NCBI GenBank assembly: GCA_951406725.2
Contig: OX597815.1
Span: forward strand, 68,696,001 to 68,760,000
Length of the DNA stretch: 64,000 nt
Direction: 5' to 3'
Source: Octopus vulgaris
Lineage: Eukaryota
Positions 38,050 through 49,788 of this stretch are shown piece after piece. Position numbers and translations under genes: made by a program. Under the pieces are notes generated by a model. It saw nothing but the letters and a program-made list of their open reading frames with translations. It had not been told where the DNA came from and made no database searches. Every line of letters begins with the position of its first letter. Within the stretch, counting starts at the first letter, position 1.

Positions 38050-39385
38050 TAGAAAAATACAAACCAAGCCATAACAAACTTTAACAAAGTACATACATAA
38101 ATAACAATTCACATACAAAATTCATTTTGCCACTTATCATGAGGAATCAACACAGCTAACAACCTAAAATTTTAGCCACTGGACTACATACAAAAGAGTC
38201 CTATCCACTCTCCCACCAAGCAGATTAAATGTGGAGTGCCTTAATTATAACTAAACATGTTAACTCAATCGTGTTGGCTTTTTTTTAGGCACAGAATATA
38301 CCATTGGAGAAATGCACAAAAGGTTATAAACTTAATTGTGTTCATTCTCTACAAACACTTGACAGAAAACATTCAGAGCATTGATTGTTTGGACATGTAC
38401 AGTCAACCGTGTCAGCCTTAACTTATGACACCAAACATTGTTACTTGATACTAACACACAGACAAGTGGAGAACCTACAAAAATTTCTAAGACCATCATG
38501 TGACTATCCTCTACCAATCAAATCCTATTCAAAACATACTAATTTGTGCCATGAACTCCCTATAAAAATAGGGCAAGCTAGAAACATTAGTCAGAAACAA
38601 GACAACTGCGACACAAATCACATCTTTCTACTTGAACTTTTTGAAAATCAATGTATCTGTGAAACCAGTTAAAGCTTTAAATATATTGATAAAAAATATT
38701 TTAACTATTCTCAGTGCATTTTCAACTTCTATTTTTCCTATATTTCTACCTGTATGGAATAAAATAACTTTCTTTACTATAAAGTGCAAACAACTGATAG
38801 AATGGATACTAAGGTCCTTCAAGACAAGAGACCAAGAAAGTATACTGACCCTATGGAGACACTTTCTTGTCAGCCTCCTGGACTACTGCTCCCAATTATG
38901 GTCACCACATAGTACCAAGCTAACAGCGGAGCTTGAAGCAATCAAACACCACTACACTAAAAAAATTGAAACAGTGCAGTGGAAGAGCTATGGGGATAGG
39001 CTGAAAAAAAAACTGCAACTTTACTCCCTGGAGCAAAAGCACGACAGATATGTAATAATGTACATATGAAAAATTCTAGTGGGGCTAGTACCTAATTTCA
39101 GCATTGAGTGTTATACAAATGGCAGAACTGGACACCATTGTATTGTACCAAAAGTACCATTCACTCCATCTAAATTCAGAACCAGGTATTGCAATAGCCT
39201 AGGTTTCAAAGGCCCAAAGCTCTTCAAAGGCCTGCCACAAAAATAAAGAAATCTGCATAAGATGGAATAGATGTCTTCAAAATAGATAGAACTAGACAGC
39301 CTCCTCTCCACAATACCAGATGAATCAACAGCCCAGCATGAGGTACAGACGAGGGCAGCAGAATCAAACTCCCTTATAAACTAAA
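38050..39385 (+). mobile_element. CR1/L2-type LINE 3' region, decayed
   Basis: WILRSFKTRD..ILTLW...SLLDYCSQLWSP....ELEAI..HYTKKI...SYGDRLK..LYSLE is the typical RT C-terminal thumb region. Confidence 0.75.
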
Positions 39386-40730
39386 TGGGCCATCAGCTGG
39401 GACTAAGGTACATGCAGGAGTGGTGATGTGAAACATCCCAGACTGAGGAAATCAGCAAGACCATGGTGGTGCTCCAGCATGACTGCAGCTGCATGGCTGA
39501 AACAAGTAAAAGAGAGTATGTATGTATGTATATGCATTTGTGTGTGTGTATAAGTGTCTGTGTACACACATATGTACATATATTCTTTTCTTTTGTTTCA
39601 GTCATTTGACTGCAGCCATGCTGGAGCATCACCTTAAAAACTAACTACTTTCTTGTTGCAGGATCAGTGACTGATTGTCACTTAGTTTTCTATATATTGT
39701 GAGCTGGAATGAATTCCTGTCATCTCTAGCAGTCGGGTGTTCTCCACTGAAGATGGGCACAAATAGCCTGAAACTATTCGGGCTGGTGATCCCACGTCTG
39801 CTAGAAGATGGTAGAGGTTCACTCCCTTCCATGCAATATATACCAAGTGCAGATTGCACTGATAACCAGCTGGCGGAAGCTCTACCTGGGGTTAAGCGTT
39901 AGTAACGTTGAACAGCCATATTGGTGTGGCGATAAACATTACTTCTCAGTATAGTTACTCCTTTCATCTCTTATTGAGATTTTCTAATTAGTTACACTGC
40001 TTATATACATAAATGAGTATCTTCAAAACGAAAATGCCAAGCCACTTGACTAAACCCAATACTCTGTCGCTATTCCAGTCTACAGGTGAACATATAATAG
40101 AATAATCGCCTAAAATTAGACGAAATAAAAACAGAAGTCATCTATATTTATAGACCGACTACCTTGCGATATTTGTCCAGGCTCTTAACGCTTTTTAGTT
40201 CAAATCCCGCCGAGATCTGTTTCACCTTTGATCCTTCCGGGCATCGATAAAACAAAGTACCAGTCATGTACTAGGGTCATGGTTATCGACTAACCTCCTC
40301 TTCAAAATTATTAGCCTTGTGCCTAAATCAGAAACTATAATTTACTATCATTACTATTTATTGGCGATGGAGCTTGTTTACTTTAACATTAAACATCGAA
40401 GGACACAGAAAGAAGTTCAGGGTTGTTAATTACAGGTTTTATATTAAAAAGAATTTTAATCTGTAGGTGTTGAGAATAGGTGTGTGCGTGTGTATAGTTA
40501 ATGCAAAAAGCTAACAAACATTCTTGCTAGCTTAAGGTGATCAACAAGGTATTTTGGCTGCAAGCCATACGTTAAAACTAAAATAGATTTTTTGCAACAT
40601 TCGTAAAGATTAATTGCCTTATTAATTAACATTTAAACAACTTTAACAACGATCATCTTCGAGCATACATCATCATCAATACAATAATCATGTGTGTGTA
40701 TGTAACTACAGAAGTATGCTTACACACACG

Positions 40731-40855
<125 letters not shown>

Positions 40856-41307
40856 AGAGAGCTCATATAACATTTTGAATGTTAAACACAGTTATGGCAA
40901 ATGGGTCTGGAATCGGTTAAAAGATGTGTGTATGCATTGTATATAAATGCAAGAAGTGTAACATGTGTCTGCGTGTGTATTTAAACATTCCTTCGTGAAA
41001 GGATACTCAGATCTAAGTGACAGGGTGCCCCTGCACGGGTTCGAACGCACAGCCATAAGATTGAATGTTTATTAATGTTATTAATGTCTCAAATAATTAT
41101 CTAATTATACATTCGTGTTTATGTTCACAACACTCGCTCTCTGTTTCTCTTTGTCTATATATGTATCTATCTGTCTAGTGATAGATTAGACACATACATC
41201 TATGCCTTGTGTGTTTATTATAGACAGACGTGGAAGAGAAAGTGACGTTTATGTGTTTCGATTTAGCATTTCTGAACAACAAAAACAAAAGCAATTTCAT
41301 TACTTAC

Positions 41308-41694
41308 TAGATTCATTCGGAGTTCCTCCATTTCTTTTACTTTCGCTTCATGGGAACTAATTTGAACGTCTTTAATTTTCAGTTGTTCAGTAAGAGTAAT
41401 GACTTCACTTTCTTTCCTGGCCACCTCATTCTTGTCCATGTCCAAAGCAGTTTCACATTTCTTCAGTTCGTTTACGATATTAGATCCCCGCCTTTCCACG
41501 GTCATCCTCTTCGAAATACAAAGCCTAAGTTGATCCTGCATGTTAAGTAATTGTGTAGCTAAGTCATGGTTACGTTTCGACAGGCTCCAATAATTGAAAC
41601 CCAGAATGCCCACGGCGAGAAATAGCCCGACGATGAAAAACGAAGGTGATCTTCCTTGCGGCCTCATTGCACCACGTACATTCCCCGCCGCCAT
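41308..41694 (-). CDS. GOLM1: GOLM1/GOLM2 (GP73/CASC4)-family Golgi type II membrane protein, coding exon 1 (129 codons)
   Basis: MAAGNVRGAMRPQGRSPSFFIVGLFLAVGILGFNYWSLSKRNHDL: short basic cytosolic tail, TM helix ending in the family hallmark L(G/A)FNYW, then coiled coil; donor CTA|gtaagt (phase 0). GOLM1 versus GOLM2 orthology cannot be resolved by eye. Confidence 0.9.
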
Positions 41695-41960
41695 ATTAAA
41701 ACTAAATAACATCGTGACAACGTTACCTACCCGTGCTTCGTCACCAGCAGCAGCAGTAGCAACAACAACAGCAGCGGCAACGGAAGCAGCAACTGTACGC
41801 CGCCGCCATGTCTGTGGTTGGCCGCCATCATTTATTTAGATTTCCTTACTAGAAACATTTGAAAAGTCATCGTCCATCTATAATATAGATGTTCCGCTGT
41901 TGCATCATGTCGTCATATTGTTGTGTGTGTTTATCTGTACGAGCTTGTATGAGTATGTAG
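41685..41960 (-). promoter_or_regulatory. CpG-retaining promoter/5' leader with three ATGGCGGC (YY1-like) motifs
   Basis: Local CpG enrichment against a CpG-poor background; GCCGCCAT on the plus strand at ~41687, ~41802 and 41821. Confidence 0.6.
41727..41831 (-). other. Upstream ORF A, 34 aa, signal-peptide-like: MMAANHRHGGGVQLLLPLPLLLLLLLLLLVTKHG
   Basis: ATGATG at 41831 to TAG at 41727; overlaps a (CTG/TTG)n repeat; translation unproven. Confidence 0.35.
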
Positions 41961-42519
41961 CTATGCTTACCTGCCGATAACTTTAGTAAAACGGAAGGTA
42001 GTTAGAAGTATGTGTTTCTATGCATGTGAATGTGGATTTTTATCAGTATGAAAGAGGAAAGCATAAATATTACTTTACGAAATGAACACGTTTTATATAT
42101 AAATATAGAGAAATGTTTGGATATATCTAGCTAAAAATTTACTTGTATGCATAAGGGAGTTGTTCATTATATATAGAGAGAGTATGTATATATATATATA
42201 GATAGAGAGAGAGAGAGTGAACATCATTTCGCGGACAATTTGCATGCTGGCATGGGTTGAACAGGTATCTACAGACTGGTATTCATGCATGCCATTTAGC
42301 TTGGTTTCTACGGTTGATGGCCCGTCCTATTGCCCACCAGTTTACAGAGTGTACTGGATGTATTTTTTCGTTCTACTAACTCTAGAGTATCCTGTAACTT
42401 CAGGTGTGTAGACCAAAGAGAGAACAGAAAAGGGAGCAATGAAAAGCAAAAGGCCAGAACAAATAAAAGAGCGGAAGGGACAAGACTATGATGGGAATAT
42501 ATATGTATGTAAGTGTGTA

Positions 42520-42912
42520 TTGTATAGGAAGAAGCTTGCTTCACAACCACATAGTTCCAGGTTCAGTCCCATTGCATGGCACAATGGGCAAGTGTCTTCT
42601 ACTATAGCCTTGGGCCAACCAAAGCCTTGTGAGTGGATTTAGTAGACAGAAAGTGAAAAAAGCCCATCATATATATATATATACACACACACGCACACAT
42701 GTATGTATTTATGTGTGTTTGTTTGTCCTCCCACCATCGCTTGACAACTGATGCTGGTGGGTTTATATCCCCATAACATAACAGTTCAACAAAAGACACT
42801 GATAGAATAGACTTTCAAAGAATAAGTCCTGGGGTCAATTTCTCCAACTAAAATCCTTCAAGACAATGCTCCAGCATGGTCGCAGTCAAATGACTGAAAC
42901 AAAGTAAAAGAA
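42520..42912 (+). mobile_element. tRNA-derived CORE-type SINE, family B
   Basis: AAGAAGCTTGCTTC.CAACCAC...GGTTCAGTCCCA...GGGCAAGTGTCTTCTACTATAGCC, internal (AT)/(AC) tract, tail CAGTCAAATGACTGAAAC..GTAAAAGAATA. Confidence 0.85.
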
Positions 42913-43449
42913 TAGAAGGACATCCATTTTCTTTGTCTATTATTCTTGGGGGTGGGGTGTTATTGAGGTAAAATCCTCTGGCATCTCCTCTATTTGGCTC
43001 AGCTTGAAGAATTTCTCACACTTATACACATATAGATATGTGTATTTAATCACATGATAAGAGGATCAGTAATTCAGAAAAAAGTTCAATACATGAAATA
43101 TATACATTGCAGCTTCTCTATCATCTTTTAACATCCAAATTCTATGCTGGTATAGGTTTGACAGGATCTGATGAGTTGGAGAGCTATGTTGTGCTCCAGT
43201 GTCTGCTTTGGCATAGCTTCCTAACACCAACCACTTTATAGAGTGTACTGGATGCTTTTTTTTATGGCATCAGCTCCAACAAGGTTGCTACCGAAAAAGT
43301 TGTAAATTTTAAACCCCATTTGTGCTCTCTTATGTGTGTATATATATATATATATAGTTAATCCAAACAAGAAAACAAAAAGACAACAACGCAAGGACAT
43401 GGAACAAATAAAGTATAGGACACTCAGGAAAGAAGGGAATATATATTCT

Positions 43450-43860
43450 CTTACTCTTTTACACAGGCATTTGACTGTGGCCATGCTGGACCACTGCTTT
43501 AAAGGGTTTTAGTCGAAGAAATCGACCCCCCAGGATTTATTCTGTATAAGCCTAGTACTTAATCTATCGGCCTCTTTTGCTGAATCGCTAAGTTATAGAG
43601 ATGTAAACACACTAACATCAGTTGTCAAGTGATGGGGTGGAGACAAACACAGACACAAAGATGCGTACACATAAATACACACACACACACATATATACAA
43701 CTGGTTTCTTTCAGTTTCCATCTACCAAATCTACTCGCAAGACTTTGGTTGGCCCGAGGCTATAGTAGAAAACACTTGCTCAAAGTACCATAAAGTGGGA
43801 TTGAACATGGAACCATGTGGTTGGAAAGCAAGCTTTTTACCACACAGCCACGCCTGCACC
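43450..43860 (-). mobile_element. Family B SINE
   Basis: Reverse complement of the family B sequence. Confidence 0.85.
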
Positions 43861-44879
43861 TTATACATACACAAGCGCAGGCACACACACATATGAAGTT
43901 AATTGCAGAACAGTTAGATTGTTGGATAAAATACCTTGTAGTGTTTGTTCCCTCACTCTATCTACAATTTGCATTTAAATACCACTGGCATTAACTTCAC
44001 TCTTCTTTAGGAATCTATAAAAATAGTACCAGTACCAGCTATGTATTGATGATCAATTTATAGTCCTAAAGCAGTACTACCTCCTCAACCTTGTTTTTGG
44101 TCATTTCTGATACTAGTGCCAAACTGTATTAATCTTTACTCTTCCCTCAGATGATGTAATTAGTGTGGAAAGGGAAAATCTGGTGTCTGTTTGTCTTCTG
44201 TACAACCTTGCACAGTCCTGCACCCAAAGAGAACATGCCAGTGTCATTTTGTTTCTTCTAACAGACACTGACTAAAGTAAGACTTTGCAGGCTGCAGATC
44301 CATAGTCTTAAGAGACATATGGATTCCAAGATATATGAATATATATGTGTCTGCATAATTGTATGCCTCATATTAAACCTCACAAAGTTCCAAACTAAGC
44401 ATCCACTATAAATATCTCCTGTACAAAATTCTAACAAACTCCTAACATAAAAAAATAATAAAATTAATGGGATTAGATGCAGAACTACCAAAGAATTTAC
44501 AAGGTCAGTGACAATGAACAGAGACAGCAACAAAAGAACAAGAATACACTCTAAAAAAAGCAGAGAATATATTTTCCTCAGTTACCAGATCAGACATCTT
44601 CATAGTTTCAACACCAAAAGGCAGGACCACTCAATGAAGTGTTAAAAATAAACAATTTCAATACTGCTTGAAATTGAAATGGGAGATAAGACAAAAATTA
44701 AAACTTATAAAATGAAAGTTATAAGACATATGCAGAATGAAAAGCATAAGCCATATAAAATACATATGCCATATCTAGATGAAAAACACAGATCTTACAC
44801 TCAGATCCAGGACACCACAACATCAAAGATTTACATCATTTGTGTGTGATATAACAATTATATATATATGTGTGTGTGT

Positions 44880-45512
44880 ATGGACAAGAATAGCTGTGTA
44901 AAGAAGTGCTGATCTCTAACAGTGGAGGAAATCTGTGGAAGAAGTAGACACAGGAAGACATAGGATAAGGTGATGAAGCACGATCTTTGAACACTAGGCC
45001 TCATGGAGGCAATGACTAGTAACCAAGACCTGTCGAGCCAAGTGAAATCGTAGTCATGGCCTATGCCAGTGTCATGTAACTAGCACCTGTGCCAGTGGCA
45101 TGTAAAAAGCACCTTTCAAGCATTGGGCCTCATGGACACAATGTGGCTGGTATCACTTAACTAGCATCTATACCAGTGGCACCTAAAAAGTACCATTCAA
45201 GTGTTGGGCCTCATCGGGACAATGACATATGACTAAGACTTTTGGCAATATGTCATGCTTGAGAAGAAGAACCATCAAGCCAAGTAAAATCAAAGTCATA
45301 GCAGATACTGGTATCATACAATTGGCACCCATCCTGGCAGCATGTAAAAAGCAGCCATAACACTCTCGGAGTGGTTAACGTTAGGAAGGGCATCCAGCCA
45401 TAGAAACCATGCCAAATCAGACTGGAATTTGGTGCAGCCTCTCAGCTTACCAGCCCTGGTCAAACCATCCAACCCATGCCAGCATGGAAAAATGGACATT
45501 AAATGATGATGA
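44880..45512 (+). mobile_element. RTE LINE extreme 3' end and UTR
   Basis: CVKKC..LTVEE.CGR.R..KT, shared UTR and GATGATGAT tail. Confidence 0.8.
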
Positions 45513-46557
45513 TATAACAAAATTATGTCATTAACCTAGAGTGCTGAGTTCAATACCTCTGTGAGATTGAAAGAATCCACTCCAGTTCTTAATTATAGAT
45601 TTGTCCTCCCAGTTGTTGTGAACCATCTTGGGAGTAGACTCACTCAGTTTTGCTGCTGTCAATAATTTTCCTTTAAGGCCATGTAAATAATGTTTTTCAA
45701 GTTTCCTTTGTTTCTACATACACCCATGAATCCTAAATTCCTTGTGTCTACGAATTCTTAATCCACAGAGCTTTTCTGATTACTTCTTTAGATGTTTGTT
45801 ACACCTTGCCTGCAATCATCTGTGTAAACTGGAGTCAATTTTGATACTTACTTAACTATACAATAATTTACTGTTAATTTCTCTACTACAGAACTTTCCC
45901 TTTTCATCCAGCTATCCATTATTCTTGAGCGTGTCATATGGGTAGAATCCTCAGGCACCTCCTCCATAGAATTCTTTTAGAAGCAATTGTCATTACACTT
46001 TCCAGCTGGATTCCTAAGCATAACCAACTGAGAATACAGATATTGGTTTCAAATTTTGGCAAGAGGCCAGCAATTTCAGGGATGAGTAAGTCAATTACAT
46101 CACTACTCAACTACTACTGATTTTATCGACCTCGAAAGGATGAAAGGTAAAGTTAACCTTGACAGCATTTGAACTCAGAATGTAACGTCAGAAAAAGTGC
46201 TGCTAAACATCTTGTCCAATGTGATAACGATTCTGCCAGTTCACCACTTTTGAGACTACAGATATTATCCATCATCTTGTTCTTGGTCTACCCTAAGTCT
46301 CCCACCATTTGGCTGGGCTCTTTTATTTAAGACAGATTCTTCAAGCTGTCATCTAGAAAATTTGAGAAAGATTGTATACATGACCTAAAATATAAAGGTA
46401 TAATTACAGATTGCAACAACAAAAACTTTCCCTCTCTTAGCATTTAATTAGTTTCAACACAGACGCTCCTAGTGGCTTGTTTATATAATTGATAAGTTAT
46501 AAACGGCTGTTTTTTTTTTCATTATAGAATAAATCTTTATTGAAGATAAACTCTTCT

Positions 46558-46646
46558 TCACAAGGTTGTTATATGCTTCACCTGGAATTTTGATTCTTCT
46601 CTCCTTGGAATAATTACATCAAAACTGGAAAAGATAAGATTAAATC
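46558..46646 (-). CDS. Unidentified gene, putative last coding exon: (R)FNLIFSSFDVIIPRREESKFQVKHITTL*
   Basis: Acceptor ttggttgttttacag|, phase 1 matches upstream exon, TGA stop, AATAAA at 46541-46536. Confidence 0.5.
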
Positions 46647-46677
46647 CTGTAAAACAACCAAAAAAACCTTTAACATA

Positions 46678-47050
46678 CAGGCATGGCTGTGTGGTAAGAA
46701 GCTTGCTTCCCAACCACATGGTTCCAGATTCAGTCTCACTGCATAGCACCTTGGACAAGTGTCTTCTACTATAGCCTCAAGCCGACCAAAGCCTTGGGAG
46801 TGGATTTGGTAGACAGAAACTGGAAAAAGCCCGTCATGTGTGTGTGTGTTTGTTTGTCCCCCGCCACCACTTGACAACTGGTGTTGGTTTGTTACCTGCA
46901 ACTTAGTGGTTTGGCAAAAGAGACTGATAGAATAAGTAAAAGGCATTAAAAAATAATTACTGGGGTCGATTAGTTCAACTAAAAATTCTTCAAGGTGGTG
47001 CCGCAGCATGACCACAGTCTAATGACTGAAACAAGTAAAAGAATAAAAGA
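46678..47050 (+). mobile_element. Family B SINE
   Basis: Complete head GGCATGGCTGTGTGGTAAGAAGCTTGC to tail GTAAAAGAATAAAAGAATA. Confidence 0.88.
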
Positions 47051-49065
47051 ATATACTAATATAAATTATAAGCAGGACTGGCTCTGTGGTTAACAAGCTT
47101 GATTTCCAACCTTGTGGTTTTAGGTTCAGTTTCCCTGCATGGCAGCTAAGGCAAATGTTTTCTACTGTAACTCCAGCCTGAACAAAGCTCTGTGAGATTT
47201 AGTAGATGGAAACAAAGAAGCTTGTCTTATATATGTGGGAAGAGGTTATCCTATCCTTATGCTGGCTGCAAACAAGCAACACCATCATACAAGTGATGTT
47301 GTTCATTTTCTGTGGGAAAAATGTCTGGCTATGGGGAAATATTACCTTGCTTAGAAACGGGCAGGTTGGCAATGGGAAGGGCATCAGGCTGTGGAAAATC
47401 TGCCTCAGCAACTGATCCTTTCAAGCATGGAAAAGTTTACATTAAAACAGTGATAATGTACAAAAATATGAACTATAAAATTTAAAATTATTAAGTTAAC
47501 TTATAAAATGTCTTAAGGTGGAGCATATTTTTATTGATCAACTGAACAAACAGGTTTACTTGAGTTTCTTTCCAACAGCAGCAGTCAATGAGTAATCACT
47601 CAGGTATATAGACATAGCTAATGTGACTAATGTTTTGTGTTAGTTATATGACAAGTAGCCACTTGACCTACTAATGGTGTAAGGAAGACAATAATGTCTT
47701 AGGAAGAATAGGTATTATTGAGAGCAGCAGAAGGGATTAAAAACATTGGTGACCCAGGTACGTTACTTGGGATACCAAGGGCATAAGGGCACCATGTTAT
47801 GTGTTTGGGATACTGCTAGAAAAACAGGGGGAAAATATAAAAATGGTAAATAAAATAAAACATTTTAGTCTTTCTTACATTTAATCAATTGTAATAATAT
47901 ACCACTGGCACTTCATCGGTTACGATGACAAGGGTTCCAGTTAATCCGATCAACAGAACAGCCTGCTCATGAAATTAACGTGCAAGTGGCTGAGCACTCC
48001 ACATACATATGTACCCTTCATGTAGTTCTCAGGGAGATTCAGCATAACACAATGTGATAAGACTGGGATTTTGAAATACAAGTACTACTCATTTTTGCCA
48101 ACTAACTGAACTGGAGCAATGTGGAATAAAGTGTCTTGCTCAAGGACACAACATGCTATCAGGAATCAAACTCACAACCATAAGCCAATTATCCTATAAC
48201 TACTTAATCATGCACCTTCACAGTGTAATAGCCACAACCTTGTGGTTTTGTGAACAGTCCCACTAAGCAATGCTTTGTGCAAGTGTCTTCTACTATAGCC
48301 ACCCATTAATGTAGTTGACTGAAGCCTTATGATTAAACTTGATAAACTGAAAGAAGTACATTGTATATATTTAGGCACAGGTAAAACTGTGTGGTAAGAA
48401 ACTTGCTGCACAACCACATGGTTCTGGGTTCAGTCCCACTGTGTGGCACTTTGGACAAGTGTTTTCTACTATGGCCTTGGGTAGACCCAAAGCCTCGTGA
48501 GTGGATTTGGTTGACAGAAACTGAAAGAAGTCCATTATATATATATTTATATATATATACACACACAAATCCATCTACCAAATCCGTGGGGAAATATTAC
48601 CTTGCTTGGAAACAGGTGAGGGCTGGTGACAGGAAGGACACCTAACCATAGAAAATATAATTCAATAAATTCTTTCCAAACAGATGAAAGCATGGAGAAG
48701 TAGACATCATAACATTGATGATGATGATGAAGAGGAGGAGGAGGGGATGGTGGAGGATTCTTTTATCCTTTTACTTGTTTCAGTCATTTTACTGTGGCCA
48801 TACTGGAGCACTAACTTAAAGAGCTTTAGTCAAGGAAATCAACCCCAGGACTTATTGTCTCTTTTACTGACCGCTAAGTTATTGGAATGTAAACATACCA
48901 ACACTGGTTGCCAAGCAATGGTGATAGGGACAAACACAGACACAAAAGCACACACCCATAAATATCTACACACTCACACACACACACACACACACATATA
49001 CACATATATATGCCAGCATGAAGGACAAACATTGAATGATGATGATGATGATGATATATAAATTT

Positions 49066-49188
49066 ATATTAATATTTAGCAAAAGCAACAGAGTGACTCA
49101 AAGTCCAAGTGTTTCGTGTGTTGGCACTTAGTTTGATAAGTACCAATGCATGAAATTCTTGGACCTGTTGCTTTTGCTAAATATTAAT
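49066..49188. repeat. Fold-back element, copy 2
   Basis: Arms ATTAATATTTAGCAAAAGCAACAG.../...CTGTTGCTTTTGCTAAATATTAAT; same 3' flank AAAATATACAT as copy 1. Confidence 0.8.
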
Positions 49189-49715
49189 GAAAATATACAT
49201 ATACCCATATTTTGAGTTCTATTTTACCTGTTTACACCAACATACATATACACACACACACAATGGGTGTGTGTTTCTGTCTACTCACAAGGATTTGGTT
49301 GGCCTGAGGTAGAAGACACTTGCCCCCAAGTCTCAGCAGTGGGACCGAACCAGGAACCATGTAGTTGGGAAACTTTTTACCACACAGCCACTCCTGCACC
49401 TGATGATGATTTTTTTTCCCAGGTCATTTTGCTTAGCCACAAAAGAAAGCATTGTGTTTTCTTCACAATTCAGGTAAGATGAAATTCAGCTAATACATGT
49501 TAGTTGTATAATAAAATAAATGTAGGTCACAGACTTGATTGTCACATTAAATAGTTAAACACAATGCATAAAGGCATGCCAGATTTAAGCAAATCATAAG
49601 AAGGTAAAATCTAACCTGAAACTGGATAATTCACTAAAGCATACTTACTTGTACAAACATTCACAACAAGCAAACATTTACCATAACTATACATTTACAA
49701 CAAGCATACACTTAC

Positions 49716-49788
49716 GATATACATCCATTTGGCTACTAATTGTTCCAGGCAAGCTAACTGAATACTGATTAAATCTCACTCTTTCAAT
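49716..49788 (-). CDS. Unidentified gene, putative exon (73 nt, phase 0 to 1): IERVRFNQYSVSLPGTISSQMDVY
   Basis: Donor ATC|gtaagt, weaker acceptor gcttgcgatcag|; phases fit both neighbours. Confidence 0.5.

Noticed and set aside
41020-41062. tRNA-like B-box GTTCGAACCC on the minus strand
   Set aside because: No A box, D arm or anticodon arm, and the T stem does not pair; at most a fragment
41808-41852. Perfect Kozak GCCGCCATG on the plus strand suggesting a divergent gene
   Set aside because: ORF closes after 14 codons with no donor; the motif is the reverse complement of a YY1-like site
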